DNA from: a virus
Taxonomy: Duplodnaviria > Heunggongvirae > Uroviricota > Caudoviricetes
Virus record (IMG/VR): IMGVR_UViG_2909267149_000001
Length of the DNA stretch: 48,774 nt
Direction: 5' to 3' (one strand)
Positions 26,362 to 36,510 of this stretch are shown here, one piece after another. The translations under genes and the position numbers were made by a program. The notes below the pieces were generated by a model that did not search any database, had not been told where the DNA came from, and saw only the letters and a program-made list of their open reading frames with translations. Position 1 is the stretch's first letter; every line of letters begins with the position of its first letter.

Positions 26362-28218
26362 ATGGGCGAAACAGTATGGAGCACCGCTTTTTTCCGTGCG
26401 CTTCGCCCTAAATCACGGCTAACTGTTTCCGAATGGGCTGATAAGTATCGTCATGTAGCGCCGGGAACGTCTCCAGAGCCAGGGCCGTGGCGTACAAGCC
26501 GAGTGCCATATTTGCGTGAACCAATGGATGTTATTGGTGACGCTGATACAGAAACAGTAGTGATGCAATGTAGCTCGCAAATTGGTAAATCCGAATTACA
26601 GCTAAATGTTATGGGTTACTTTGCAGATCAGGAGCCATCTCCTCAGTTGATGATTTATCCAACGGTAGAGGCGGCTGAGGCTTTTTCAAAAGAGCGTATT
26701 GATCCGACGTTCAAATATTCCCCTGGTTTGAAACACAAGCTGCATGAAGGGAAAGAGGGGCGCGGTGCAGCCAAAAAGTCCAGCACGACTATACGTATGA
26801 AGCATTACGCTGGTGGATATATAGCACTTGTTGGTGCTAATTCCCCAGCAGGTCTTGCATCCAGGCCAATTCGAATACTGTTAGCTGATGAGATTGATCG
26901 TTACGGTGTGACGCAGGAGGGCGACCCACTAAAACTAGGTATTCAGCGTACTACCAACTTTCATAATCGTAAGAAAGTTTTTGTTTCTACTCCTGTTTTG
27001 GAGGAAACGAGCAAAATCCACAAGTGGTTTAAGCTCTCCGATCAGCGTTACTACCATGTTCCTTGCCCATGTTGTGGCACCATGCAGGTGATGAAATGGT
27101 CGCAAGTCAGATGGGATAAGAGCGATTCAGGTGAGGCGTTACCGGAAACGGCCAGATATGAGTGCTGTGAGTGCGGCGGGATTATGCGCGGATCTGGTAA
27201 ACCAGACGTTGATTGGTTGGCGAAGGGGGTATGGATAGCTGAACATACTGGAGTTAAAGGTATTGTTGGTTTTCATATTAACAGTCTTTACTCCCCGTGG
27301 GTTGCATTGTCAGAGCTGGTTGAAGAATTTACGGAAGCAACCAGAAACCGCGATAAAAATGGATTAATGGAGTTTATTAACCTTAAGCTGGGTGAGCCAT
27401 GGAAAGAGGATGCTAAAGACGATATCGATCCTGAATACTTGTTGCAACGCAGAATAAGGTTTGAAGAGTTTTTACCAGATGATGTTTTATTGTTAAGTGC
27501 TGGTGTTGACGTACAGGACACGTATTTAGTTTGTGAATTGGTCGGTTGGGGAAAAGGTAAGGAGTCATGGGGGATAGAATATAAAATATTCCCAGGTGAT
27601 CCCGCACAAGATGTTGTCTGGAAACAACTTGATGAATACTTACTCCGTAGCTGGTCATTCCGTGACGGTCGAAAATTACAGATTTCTTCCGTTTGTATTG
27701 ACTCTGGTGGGCATTTTACGACAGAGGTATATCGCTTTACTAAGCCGAGAGAATCAAGGCGAATATACTCTATCAGGGGGCGTGGTGGGGTAGGTTTACC
27801 ATTTATAGGAAAGCCAAGTAATAATAACCGTGTGGGTGCTATGTTGTTTAATTTGGGGGTTGATGATGGTAAAGGGACCATCATGGCAAGAATTAAACTA
27901 CATGATCCTGGTCCTGGTTATATGCATTTCCCATTAGATTCTGACAGAGGATATGATACCGAATACTTTAAAGGATTATTATCAGAGAAGAAAATATTTG
28001 AATATAAAAATGGGCAGACAAAAGAAAAGTGGGTGAAAGTCTACGAGCGTAACGAGCCTCTTGATTGCCGTAACTATGCAACTGCCGCGATGGAAATTCT
28101 GAACCCTAATTTTAACTGGCTTGCCGAACAGGAAATGCGAGGTAATGTGTATGTGCAGAACTCGTCAGGTATACGTAGAAGACGCCGTAGAGTTATAAGT
28201 AAAGGCGTAACCATATAG
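26362..28218 (+). CDS. Terminase large subunit (lambda gpA-like)
   Basis: 618-aa protein with ATPase and nuclease regions; position before gpW-like and portal. Confidence 0.8.
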   Translation: MGETVWSTAFFRALRPKSRLTVSEWADKYRHVAPGTSPEPGPWRTSRVPYLREPMDVIGDADTETVVMQCSSQIGKSELQLNVMGYFADQEPSPQLMIYPTVEAAEAFSKERIDPTFKYSPGLKHKLHEGKEGRGAAKKSSTTIRMKHYAGGYIALVGANSPAGLASRPIRILLADEIDRYGVTQEGDPLKLGIQRTTNFHNRKKVFVSTPVLEETSKIHKWFKLSDQRYYHVPCPCCGTMQVMKWSQVRWDKSDSGEALPETARYECCECGGIMRGSGKPDVDWLAKGVWIAEHTGVKGIVGFHINSLYSPWVALSELVEEFTEATRNRDKNGLMEFINLKLGEPWKEDAKDDIDPEYLLQRRIRFEEFLPDDVLLLSAGVDVQDTYLVCELVGWGKGKESWGIEYKIFPGDPAQDVVWKQLDEYLLRSWSFRDGRKLQISSVCIDSGGHFTTEVYRFTKPRESRRIYSIRGRGGVGLPFIGKPSNNNRVGAMLFNLGVDDGKGTIMARIKLHDPGPGYMHFPLDSDRGYDTEYFKGLLSEKKIFEYKNGQTKEKWVKVYERNEPLDCRNYATAAMEILNPNFNWLAEQEMRGNVYVQNSSGIRRRRRRVISKGVTI

Positions 28219-28229
28219 AGGAAATATAA

Positions 28230-28469
28230 ATGAACAATGAAGCATTTTCTCTGACTGAAGCCAGAGAGATGTTATCTGTCTGGCGGGAAGCATATCGCGC
28301 TATTGCTATTGGCGGTCAGTCATATAAATTTGGTACGCGGCAGTTAACTCGTGCGGATTTATCAGAAGTCAGAAAAGAGATGGATTACTGGCGTAATGAA
28401 GTAGAAAGATTATCAGCAGGTATACGCCGAGGCCCACGAATTAAACGAGTGGTGATAAGAGATTTATGA
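28230..28469 (+). CDS. Head-tail joining protein (lambda gpW-like)
   Basis: 79-aa protein between terminase and portal, as in lambda. Confidence 0.5.
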   Translation: MNNEAFSLTEAREMLSVWREAYRAIAIGGQSYKFGTRQLTRADLSEVRKEMDYWRNEVERLSAGIRRGPRIKRVVIRDL

Positions 28470-30040
28470 ATATTCTTGATCGAGTTATTGCGCCGTTTTC
28501 ACCTCAGAGGGCATTAAATCGAGCTTTGGCAAGAAAACGGTTAGAAGCACTTGAAGGTATTAATAACCTTGGATATTCACGTCATGGTGCAAGCACTCAT
28601 AAAAAATCATTAAGGGGTTGGTTTAGTAAAGCTGGTTCTCCTGATGATGATATTGTTAAAAATATAGATAAATTGCGTGAGCGTTCTCGTGATCTCTTCA
28701 TGGGAAACCCGCTATCGGTTGGCGCAATAAAAACTATCAGGACAAACGTTGTTGGTTCCGGTTTAAAACTAAATGCGAACATTGATGCCGATTTCTTGGG
28801 GATGACGCAGGAAGAAGCGCGAGCATGGGAAAAGCATGTTGAGCGTGAGTTTAGATTATGGGCTGATTCTCCAAATTGTGATGCATCAAGAATGTGTACT
28901 TTTGGACAATTGCAATCATTGGTCCAAATATCTGCGTTAACATCTGGCGATATATTTGCTGCGCTACCAGTTATTAAGCGTAAGGGTGTTATATATGATT
29001 TGTGCGTCTATTTAATTGAAGGTGATCGTGTTTGCAATCCAGAGGATCGTTTTATACCAAATCTTTACGGTGGCGTAGAGGTTGGTGAATTTAGCGAGCC
29101 TGTGGCGTACTGGGTTGCAAAACATCACCCAGCCGGGACTTCTGGTTTTGTAACCCGCAAGTGGGAACGTATTCCCGCATATGGGAGTAAAACAGGAAGA
29201 AGAAATATTCTGCATGTCATGCAGGATTTTGAAAGGCCTGGGCAACGTCGTGGCGTTCCTGTCCTTGCTCCTGTTATTGAAGCATTGAAGCAGTTAGGAC
29301 GATACACCGATGCTGAATTGGTTGCTGCGGTTGTGTCAGGGATGTTTACTGTCTTTATTAAAACAGACGCTCCTGATGGACCAGTCGGTGAATCGGGTAT
29401 CCCTCAGTACGAGCAGATCGATAACCATGATGATAACACCCAAGAAATGGGGAATGGCTCCATAGTAAGTTTGGGTGAAGGTGAGTCGATAGATACAGCA
29501 AATCCCGGGCGACCAAATACGGCATTTGATGGTTTTGTTGTCGCCATATGCCGTCAAATTGGGGCTGCTTTAGAACTCCCTTACGAACTCTTGGTAAAGC
29601 ATTTTACAGCAAGTTATAGCGCAAGCAGGGCCGCATTACTTGAAGCCTGGAAAATGTTCCGTATGCGACGTGACTGGATGGTTCAGTCATTTTGCCAACC
29701 GATCTATGAGGAATGGTTGGCCGAAGCCGTTGCTAAAGGTCGTGTTATTGCCCCTGGTTTTTTTTATGGGCCTGAATATCGCGCTGCATGGAGTGGCGCT
29801 CAATGGTATGGCCCATCACAAGGCCAATTAGATCCCCTTAAAGAAGTCAAAGCTGCAAAACTGCGTGTTGAGGAAACATTCTCTACCCGTGAAAAGGAAG
29901 CGGCTGAAATGTCAGGTCTTAACTGGGAAGAAACCGCACAAATTTGTGGCAGAGAAGAGAATGCTCGCCGTGAGTTGGGGCTGATTACGCCTCCTGTTTC
30001 TGAGGTAAATGAACAAAATATGGAGACAGATGATGCCTAA
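28466..30040 (+). CDS. Portal protein (lambda gpB-like)
   Basis: 524-aa protein following gpW-like; lambda-type head gene order. Confidence 0.8.
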   Translation: MNILDRVIAPFSPQRALNRALARKRLEALEGINNLGYSRHGASTHKKSLRGWFSKAGSPDDDIVKNIDKLRERSRDLFMGNPLSVGAIKTIRTNVVGSGLKLNANIDADFLGMTQEEARAWEKHVEREFRLWADSPNCDASRMCTFGQLQSLVQISALTSGDIFAALPVIKRKGVIYDLCVYLIEGDRVCNPEDRFIPNLYGGVEVGEFSEPVAYWVAKHHPAGTSGFVTRKWERIPAYGSKTGRRNILHVMQDFERPGQRRGVPVLAPVIEALKQLGRYTDAELVAAVVSGMFTVFIKTDAPDGPVGESGIPQYEQIDNHDDNTQEMGNGSIVSLGEGESIDTANPGRPNTAFDGFVVAICRQIGAALELPYELLVKHFTASYSASRAALLEAWKMFRMRRDWMVQSFCQPIYEEWLAEAVAKGRVIAPGFFYGPEYRAAWSGAQWYGPSQGQLDPLKEVKAAKLRVEETFSTREKEAAEMSGLNWEETAQICGREENARRELGLITPPVSEVNEQNMETDDA

Positions 30041-31097
30041 TTGGTGGGAAATAAAAAATAGCACGGGTGAAGATGACTCTCCGGCTGAACTTTTAATCTA
30101 CGGATATATTGGCGAATTTGATGAGGTTTCTTCTTCTGACATAGTTAATAAATTAAAGGATATATCATCAAATGCTATCAACGTAAAAATTAATAGTTAT
30201 GGTGGTTCTGTTTTTACTGCTCAAGCTATTCTTTCTTCATTAAAACGTCATAAGGCTAATATTACTGTTTATATTGATGGTATTGCTGCATCGGCTGCAA
30301 CCATTATTGCAATGGCAGGTGATAAAGTTGTTATCCCATCTAATGCTATGATGATGATCCATAATCCGTGGACATTTGCTGCTGGTGATGCGGATGAACT
30401 ACGTGATATTGCTGAGATGATGGATAAGATACGAGATAGTATTTTATCTGCATATAAGGAGAAAACAGGGCTTTCTGAGGATAAATTAATTGAACTAATG
30501 GATCAGGAAACATGGCTAAATGCAGAAGAGGCTGTAGAGCTTGGATTTGCTGACGAAGTTGAAAAACCAATGCGCTTATCCGCTTCTATAAAGGAAGGGA
30601 TGCTTTCGCTCAATGGAATAACTTTTGAAGCATCAAGGTTTTCAAAATTACCTGATTCGCTCGCAAAGTTGCCACAAAATAAAAATGAATTATCTACTGA
30701 ATTAAATGAACAAAATGAGGACGATGTTGTGACTCTTGATGAATTAAAAAATAAACATCCAGAATTATACAATCAGGTTTTTAATGCTGGTAAAGACGAG
30801 GGCGTTAAATCAGAACGCGAGCGCATTGAAACAATCGAGAATAGCGTGATTCCAGGTCATGACGACCTGGTTAAGAATGCAAAATTCAAAACGGGAGTTT
30901 CTGCGGCTGAACTTGCTTTGGAAATTATGAATGCAGAGCGAGCGCGTAACAAAAACTTTCTTAATCAACGGCAAGAAGACGCAAATGAGGTGAATGATTC
31001 AGTTGATGTTAATCAACCAGAAAACAACGGAGATAAACAAGCTGAAGTAGTAAAAAATGTTATTGGGTCAGTATTTAAAAACCGCGATAAAAATTAA
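30009..31097 (+). CDS. Prohead protease (ClpP/S49-like) fused to a scaffold-like C-terminal region
   Basis: Protease core (YGGSVFTAQAI...MIHNPW) then acidic coiled-coil C-terminus; start could be 30030. Confidence 0.7.
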   Translation: MNKIWRQMMPNWWEIKNSTGEDDSPAELLIYGYIGEFDEVSSSDIVNKLKDISSNAINVKINSYGGSVFTAQAILSSLKRHKANITVYIDGIAASAATIIAMAGDKVVIPSNAMMMIHNPWTFAAGDADELRDIAEMMDKIRDSILSAYKEKTGLSEDKLIELMDQETWLNAEEAVELGFADEVEKPMRLSASIKEGMLSLNGITFEASRFSKLPDSLAKLPQNKNELSTELNEQNEDDVVTLDELKNKHPELYNQVFNAGKDEGVKSERERIETIENSVIPGHDDLVKNAKFKTGVSAAELALEIMNAERARNKNFLNQRQEDANEVNDSVDVNQPENNGDKQAEVVKNVIGSVFKNRDKN

Positions 31098-31106
31098 GGT
31101 GAGTTT

Positions 31107-31490
31107 ATGCGAGAGTCTTTTTCATTTGAACCAGATAATCTGATTATTTCTGGTGGTATGCCAGCAATTACAACAAGTATTAAACTTGCCAGCGGTAAAG
31201 TAAATCGAGGTGAGTTGCTTGCTTTTGTCAGTATTGATCAGACAACAAATGTTGTCACTGTAGCACCAATAAATCTCTCTGGTGAGGGGGTGGCAAAAGA
31301 ACCGTATTGTATCGCTCAACACAGTATTGATGCGACTGATTCAGCGCAAGTTGGAACAGCATGGCTGACCGGAATGTTCAATGCACATGCGGTTATCCTT
31401 CCTGAATCAGCAAAGATTGCCGATGTATATCTGGCTTGCCGGAAGGTTGGGATATTCCTTAACACCGCACAACAAAATCCATCTGCATAA
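31107..31490 (+). CDS. Head decoration protein (lambda gpD-like)
   Basis: 127-aa protein immediately before the major capsid gene. Confidence 0.5.
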   Translation: MRESFSFEPDNLIISGGMPAITTSIKLASGKVNRGELLAFVSIDQTTNVVTVAPINLSGEGVAKEPYCIAQHSIDATDSAQVGTAWLTGMFNAHAVILPESAKIADVYLACRKVGIFLNTAQQNPSA

Positions 31491-31510
31491 TATAAAGAGG
31501 TCGTATTTTT

Positions 31511-32554
31511 ATGCCGAATATTGATATTTTTGAACGACGTACAATGCTTGAGCCTGTTATTCAGAATTTCAAGGCTCGTCGTTTTCTTCTTCGTACCTTT
31601 TTTCCTGGTGTTCAGACCTTTAATACAAAGAAAGTTGATCTGGATTTTGTTCGCGGTGGCCGTACTATGGCTCCGTTTGTTGGTAAAGGTTTTGGCTCAA
31701 AAACCGTTGAGCGACGCGGCTTTGTAACGAGAACTCTGGAGCCACCACTTGTTGCACCTGATTTGGTAACAACAGCAGAGCTGCTTTTAAACAGGCTTCC
31801 GGGTGAGAATATTTACAACGCAAAATCGCCAGCAGAACGAGCCGCCGAGCAATTAGGTAAAGATTTGCTTGAGCTTGATGAAATGGTTAACCGCCGTGAA
31901 GAATGGATGTGTGCACAAGTCTTGTTTACGGGGCAGGTTGATATTGTTGGTGAAGGTGTGGATGACACAGTTTATTTTTGGCCTGAAGAGGAAGGAGATA
32001 AACCATATCTTGAACTGACAGGTGATGATTTATGGAGTGCTGCAAAATCAGATCCGTTGGTCAATGTTCGCAACTGGAAACGTCGGGTATCACTAACTTC
32101 AGGTTTTACACCTCGTGTTGCCGTAATGGGCGCAAAAGTTGTTGATGCTTTCGTTAAAAATGAAGCAGTAACTAAATATCTTGATAATCGCCGAAAAGAG
32201 CTTGGGTATATTGAGCCTAAGGAGTTAGAAGAAGGCGTAACTCATTATGGCAATCTTGAAGGTGTCGATTTTTATGGTTACGACGAACTTATTCGCAATG
32301 ATAAAACAGGAAAACCAGAACCATTAGTACCGGAAGATAAGATCCTCTTTGGCTCTCCTGGTCGAGGAACGATGCTGTATGGTGCTGTAGAGCTTGTAGA
32401 TGACGCCGAAAAGACTCTAACGATTGTTGAGTCACCACGAGTTCCAGACACCTGGGTAACTCGTAAGCCGGCTGGCCGTTATGTTGCCATGAAGTCATCT
32501 CCACTGCCTAATCCTGGTGTGGCTGATGCCTATCTGGTGGCTAAGGTGGTTTAA
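31511..32554 (+). CDS. Major capsid protein (lambda gpE-like)
   Basis: 347-aa protein following protease and decoration genes. Confidence 0.75.
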   Translation: MPNIDIFERRTMLEPVIQNFKARRFLLRTFFPGVQTFNTKKVDLDFVRGGRTMAPFVGKGFGSKTVERRGFVTRTLEPPLVAPDLVTTAELLLNRLPGENIYNAKSPAERAAEQLGKDLLELDEMVNRREEWMCAQVLFTGQVDIVGEGVDDTVYFWPEEEGDKPYLELTGDDLWSAAKSDPLVNVRNWKRRVSLTSGFTPRVAVMGAKVVDAFVKNEAVTKYLDNRRKELGYIEPKELEEGVTHYGNLEGVDFYGYDELIRNDKTGKPEPLVPEDKILFGSPGRGTMLYGAVELVDDAEKTLTIVESPRVPDTWVTRKPAGRYVAMKSSPLPNPGVADAYLVAKVV

Positions 32555-32947
32555 ATGGCCAGACTGATTAAAAACATTGATACGATAAGCCACGGCTCGC
32601 TAAAAGCGGGCCGTTTGCTTAATGGGCTAATGGATAACTCCAGAATTGCCGAACTGATTGCGTCAGGACATGCTATTGCCACCGAAGAGGATGGTGATTT
32701 GGCATCGGCCGGGGGCTATGATGCTGCTAAGTTAGCTTTTGAGCATGGATACGCATCTGCTGTTAATGATGCTGTGGACGCGGGGTTGATTACGCGAACG
32801 GAGGCGGGTAGCTGTGTATTCGAGGTTGAGTTTGAGGATGATGGCGGCAATGAGGAAACGGTTGCTGATGATTCATCTGAATCTGTAGCTACTTCTGATA
32901 CCAGTAATGCGAAAAAATCAACGCAAAAAAAAGGTAATAAGAAGTAA
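32555..32947 (+). CDS. Hypothetical head-associated protein
   Basis: 130-aa ORF in head module. Confidence 0.35.
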   Translation: MARLIKNIDTISHGSLKAGRLLNGLMDNSRIAELIASGHAIATEEDGDLASAGGYDAAKLAFEHGYASAVNDAVDAGLITRTEAGSCVFEVEFEDDGGNEETVADDSSESVATSDTSNAKKSTQKKGNKK

Positions 32948-33291
32948 TGAACTCCTTCAAAGAGGTTATAGCGCAAGATATTTCTGCAATATTCCTCAAT
33001 GAAAAAGAGTTTGCCGATACATATAACATAGACGGCAAGGATATCCTTGCCGTTATTGATACAGACCTTATTCATGAGCGGAATAAACGCTCATATGCTG
33101 AGTTTGCAGAGGGAATAAATCAGGGGCAAATAATATTATTTGTTTCAAGAAAAGATTTTCCTGTTCTCCCTGTCAAAGACCAGTCAATGAAAATCAACGG
33201 TAAAAATTATATTGTTGATGAAGTATCAGATAATGTTGGTGTATTGGAAATAACTCTCACTGTTAATACTAACAGAGGAATGCCGATTTGA
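32947..33291 (+). CDS. Putative head-tail connector/adaptor protein
   Basis: Position between capsid and tail sheath genes. Confidence 0.35.
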   Translation: MNSFKEVIAQDISAIFLNEKEFADTYNIDGKDILAVIDTDLIHERNKRSYAEFAEGINQGQIILFVSRKDFPVLPVKDQSMKINGKNYIVDEVSDNVGVLEITLTVNTNRGMPI

Positions 33292-33773
33292 TTAATCTTT
33301 TGATAGATGCAATAAAAAATCGGTTGGAACATGAGGTTTTCCATGATTTATTAGTGCAGGGGCCTCCTTATGATGAAACAGACAGCGATATTAAATTGTT
33401 TGTTCCAACAATATTTAAAGGGTACTTGCCTCCTAAATCACAACCATCTCCAGATAAACCGCCAGAATTTCCTCATGTGATTATCAGGCCCACGGAAGGA
33501 GGAATGCAGCCTGAAACGGATGAAGTTAAGGTTAAGTTTCTTCTAGGTGGTTTTTGTGAGGACCATACTGGATATGAATGGGTAATGGCTCTTCTTGAAA
33601 GGATGATGTTTCATTTTCAGGAGAAGCCTTTACTTGAAGAGAAATTTCTCTTTCAGGGTGATATCAGATGGCGAATGTTTGATGATCAACCATATCCATA
33701 TTGGATAACGGAAGCAACTGGAACGTGGCTAGTATTAAAGCCTCAGAATATTCAGTCTCAGGAGTTTATCTAA
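33288..33773 (+). CDS. Putative head completion / tail terminator protein
   Basis: Position only. Confidence 0.35.
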   Translation: MINLLIDAIKNRLEHEVFHDLLVQGPPYDETDSDIKLFVPTIFKGYLPPKSQPSPDKPPEFPHVIIRPTEGGMQPETDEVKVKFLLGGFCEDHTGYEWVMALLERMMFHFQEKPLLEEKFLFQGDIRWRMFDDQPYPYWITEATGTWLVLKPQNIQSQEFI

Positions 33774-34064
33774 ATGGCTAATAAGAAAAGTAGTAAAGAA
33801 GATATAGAAAAGAAGGAAGATGTTGCTCAAACATTTGTATATATAGGACCAACAATCCCTCAACTCTCAATTTTGAAGCATAAACTATTTAAGAATGGTT
33901 TATCTCCAGAGTGTAAAAAATTAATATCACATATTCCTGGTGCAAAGTGTTTGTTTGTGGCAACCAGTGATTTTGCAGATGCAGAAAAAAGACTTTCTGA
34001 TAAAACCAGTGTCGAGTATGTAATGTACTCTAGAGTTTCTTCTTCTATCATGGAGATTAAATAA
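33774..34064 (+). CDS. Hypothetical protein
   Basis: 96-aa ORF immediately upstream of sheath gene. Confidence 0.3.
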   Translation: MANKKSSKEDIEKKEDVAQTFVYIGPTIPQLSILKHKLFKNGLSPECKKLISHIPGAKCLFVATSDFADAEKRLSDKTSVEYVMYSRVSSSIMEIK

Positions 34065-35527
34065 TGGGATATCGCCACGGTATTTATATATCTGAGCTGG
34101 CTACATCTATAACTCCTCCAGTACAAGTTAGTGCTGGGTTGATTGTCGCATTTGGTACAGCTCCTGTTAATCAGTTAGAAGATCCAGCCTCAGCGGTAAA
34201 TAAACCTATCATTGCTTATACATACGCAGAGGCCGTATCTAAAATAGGATATAGCACAAACTTCGAGAAATATACTTTAAGCGAAGTAATTAAAGTCGCA
34301 TTTGGAATATATGGTGTTGCGCCAGTTGTATTTATTAATGTGCTTGATCCAGCAAAGCATAAGAAAGACGTAACTGATGAGGTAGTAAAACTTTCTGGCG
34401 GGAAAGGTACGCTCTCTAACGATGGTGTCTTATATAAATCTGTTGTTGTGAAAAAAGCAGATGGTGATTCGGCAGGATTAACGGTTGACACCGATTATGT
34501 GCTGGCGCTGGATGATAATGGCTATACGGTCATTACCGCTATTAGCGGAGGAAAAATTACCGAAAAAGACGCTACTCTTAAGGTTAGTTATACGCATCTT
34601 GATCCCGGTGCCGTAACTAAAAATGACATTATCGGTGGTGTGGATTCCAACACTAAAGCCAATACAGGGCTTGAGTTACTGTCTGATGTGTATCCCCGCT
34701 TCAAGTTGGTTCCTGGACAAGTGATTGCGCCTGGATTTAGTTCTGATAGTGAAGTTGGTCAGCTAATGGCGGCTAAAGCCGCGTTGATTAGTGAATTGTT
34801 CAAAGCAGAAGCCATAACTGATGCACCGACCGATAAATCTACTATCAGTGATTACTCGGCTGTTCCTGAATGGAAACAGAACAATAATCACATGGCCGCT
34901 AACCAGACAGTGTGCTGGCCGATGGTGAAACTTGGTGACAATATTTACCATCACTCAACCCATTTAGCGGCCGCAACATGCTTGCTGGATAGTCAGTATG
35001 GTGATATTCCATCACGTTCTCCGTCAAATATAAAACTACAGATGGACGGTGCTGTACGTAAAGATGGCAGTGAAGTATGGCTTAACATTAGCCAGGCAAA
35101 CTACTTAAATGGACAGGGGATTGTAACAAGCCTTAATTTTGATGGTTGGAAATCATGGGGAAACCGTAATGCTATTTATCCAACATCTACAGACCCCAAA
35201 GACGCATTTCGTGTTTGCCGACGTATGTTTAACTGGGTGGGTAATACGTTAATTCTTTCGCATTGGTCAAAAATAGACAATCCTGCAAACCGTCGATTAA
35301 TTGAATCGATTGTTACAAGTGCGAATATTTGGCTTAACGGCCTCACAGGTAATCAGGATATTGCAGGTGGTGTTGTTACCTTTGATCAATCTGAAAACAC
35401 GATTACGTCATTGATGGACGGGATTGTTAAATTCCATGTAAAAATGACACCATTCTCACCTGCCAGAGATATAGAGTTCGTCATGGAATATAATCCTGAT
35501 TATCTGCTGAACTTGTTTTCTGAATAA
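34064..35527 (+). CDS. Contractile tail sheath protein
   Basis: 487-aa protein followed by tube, frameshifted chaperone and tape measure genes. Confidence 0.8.
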   Translation: MGYRHGIYISELATSITPPVQVSAGLIVAFGTAPVNQLEDPASAVNKPIIAYTYAEAVSKIGYSTNFEKYTLSEVIKVAFGIYGVAPVVFINVLDPAKHKKDVTDEVVKLSGGKGTLSNDGVLYKSVVVKKADGDSAGLTVDTDYVLALDDNGYTVITAISGGKITEKDATLKVSYTHLDPGAVTKNDIIGGVDSNTKANTGLELLSDVYPRFKLVPGQVIAPGFSSDSEVGQLMAAKAALISELFKAEAITDAPTDKSTISDYSAVPEWKQNNNHMAANQTVCWPMVKLGDNIYHHSTHLAAATCLLDSQYGDIPSRSPSNIKLQMDGAVRKDGSEVWLNISQANYLNGQGIVTSLNFDGWKSWGNRNAIYPTSTDPKDAFRVCRRMFNWVGNTLILSHWSKIDNPANRRLIESIVTSANIWLNGLTGNQDIAGGVVTFDQSENTITSLMDGIVKFHVKMTPFSPARDIEFVMEYNPDYLLNLFSE

Positions 35528-35543
35528 ATAATAGGAGGTTGCT

Positions 35544-36065
35544 TTGAGCAATCAAATTCCTGAGAGACTTATTAACTTTACAGTATACGGTGAGGGAAAC
35601 CGTATTATCGGTGTTGCTGACGCAAAGCTGCCATCAATTGAGATGATGACAGAAACTGTTAGTGGTGCAGGTATCGCTGGAGAGCTTGAGAGCGGAACGC
35701 TGGGGCATTTCAAACCAATGACTGTCTCTCTTAAATGGCGAACTCTGACCTCTGCTGGTACAAAATTATTTCTATCCTCATCGCATCAGGTAGATTTTCG
35801 CGGTAGCCAGCAGGTTTATGATGCAGGAACAGGAAAATATAAAACGGTTCCTATTCGGGCTTCAATGAAGCTAAACCCTAAAAAACTGGATTTAGGTTCG
35901 CTACAGGTGGCAAAGGCTACTGATTCAGAGAATGAATTTGAAGTTCTCTATATCAAATTATTTATTGATGGAAAAGAAGTCTTGGAAATTGATAAGTTGA
36001 ACTTTATTTGTATCTTTGATGGTGAAGATATATTAAAAAGCGTTCGTGATGATTTAGGTTTATAA
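35544..36065 (+). CDS. Tail tube protein
   Basis: 173-aa protein directly after sheath. Confidence 0.75.
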   Translation: MSNQIPERLINFTVYGEGNRIIGVADAKLPSIEMMTETVSGAGIAGELESGTLGHFKPMTVSLKWRTLTSAGTKLFLSSSHQVDFRGSQQVYDAGTGKYKTVPIRASMKLNPKKLDLGSLQVAKATDSENEFEVLYIKLFIDGKEVLEIDKLNFICIFDGEDILKSVRDDLGL

Positions 36066-36074
36066 GGTGACAAA

Positions 36075-36356
36075 ATGGAAACCGTTAAATTAAGTAAAGA
36101 ATATCGTTTTGAAGACTTTGAGCCGGTGACTGAACTCAACCTTGATTTAGACAACCTAAAAGGCAGTGATATTTTAGAGGTATCGGACTTACTGCAATCT
36201 CAAGGGCATGTTTCAGTTCAAACATCACTTGATAATAAAGTCCATGCAGCCTTGGCTGCTCGCTGTATTGGCCGTCCAATAGAGTATCTGAATGGATTGC
36301 CAGCGAAAGACTTTGTTAAAGTTTGTCAAAAGGTACAGAATTTTTTGCTCTCGTAG
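36075..36356 (+). CDS. Tail assembly chaperone (short form)
   Basis: Between tube and tape measure; ends just after a TTTTTTG slippery heptamer. Confidence 0.65.
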   Translation: METVKLSKEYRFEDFEPVTELNLDLDNLKGSDILEVSDLLQSQGHVSVQTSLDNKVHAALAARCIGRPIEYLNGLPAKDFVKVCQKVQNFLLS

Positions 36357-36505
36357 GTTTTGATGAGCAAAAACCTATTGATAAGCAAATAATGAGGGCC
36401 GCGAGTTCTCTATCTCAATCATCTCAATCAACACCTATATCCTACTGGCTTTCGCTTCGGTTGAGGCGAATCGTCGCATGGATTGATGTGTTTAATGAGG
36501 ATTAA
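36075..36505 (+). CDS. Tail assembly chaperone, -1 frameshift-extended form
   Basis: The -1 frame is open from the slippery site T_TTT_TTG (36341-36347) to 36505, as in P2 E/E+E'. Confidence 0.55.
36341..36347 (+). promoter_or_regulatory. Programmed -1 ribosomal frameshift slippery site TTTTTTG
   Basis: Heptamer in X_XXY_YYZ register relative to the zero frame, 3 codons before the stop. Confidence 0.55.
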
Positions 36506-36510
36506 TACTA

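Noticed and set aside
27288-27884. 198-aa ORF antisense to the large terminase gene
   Set aside because: Entirely embedded antisense in a well-supported long gene; typical spurious shadow ORF. The same applies to other antisense ORFs inside the tape measure, portal and capsid genes.
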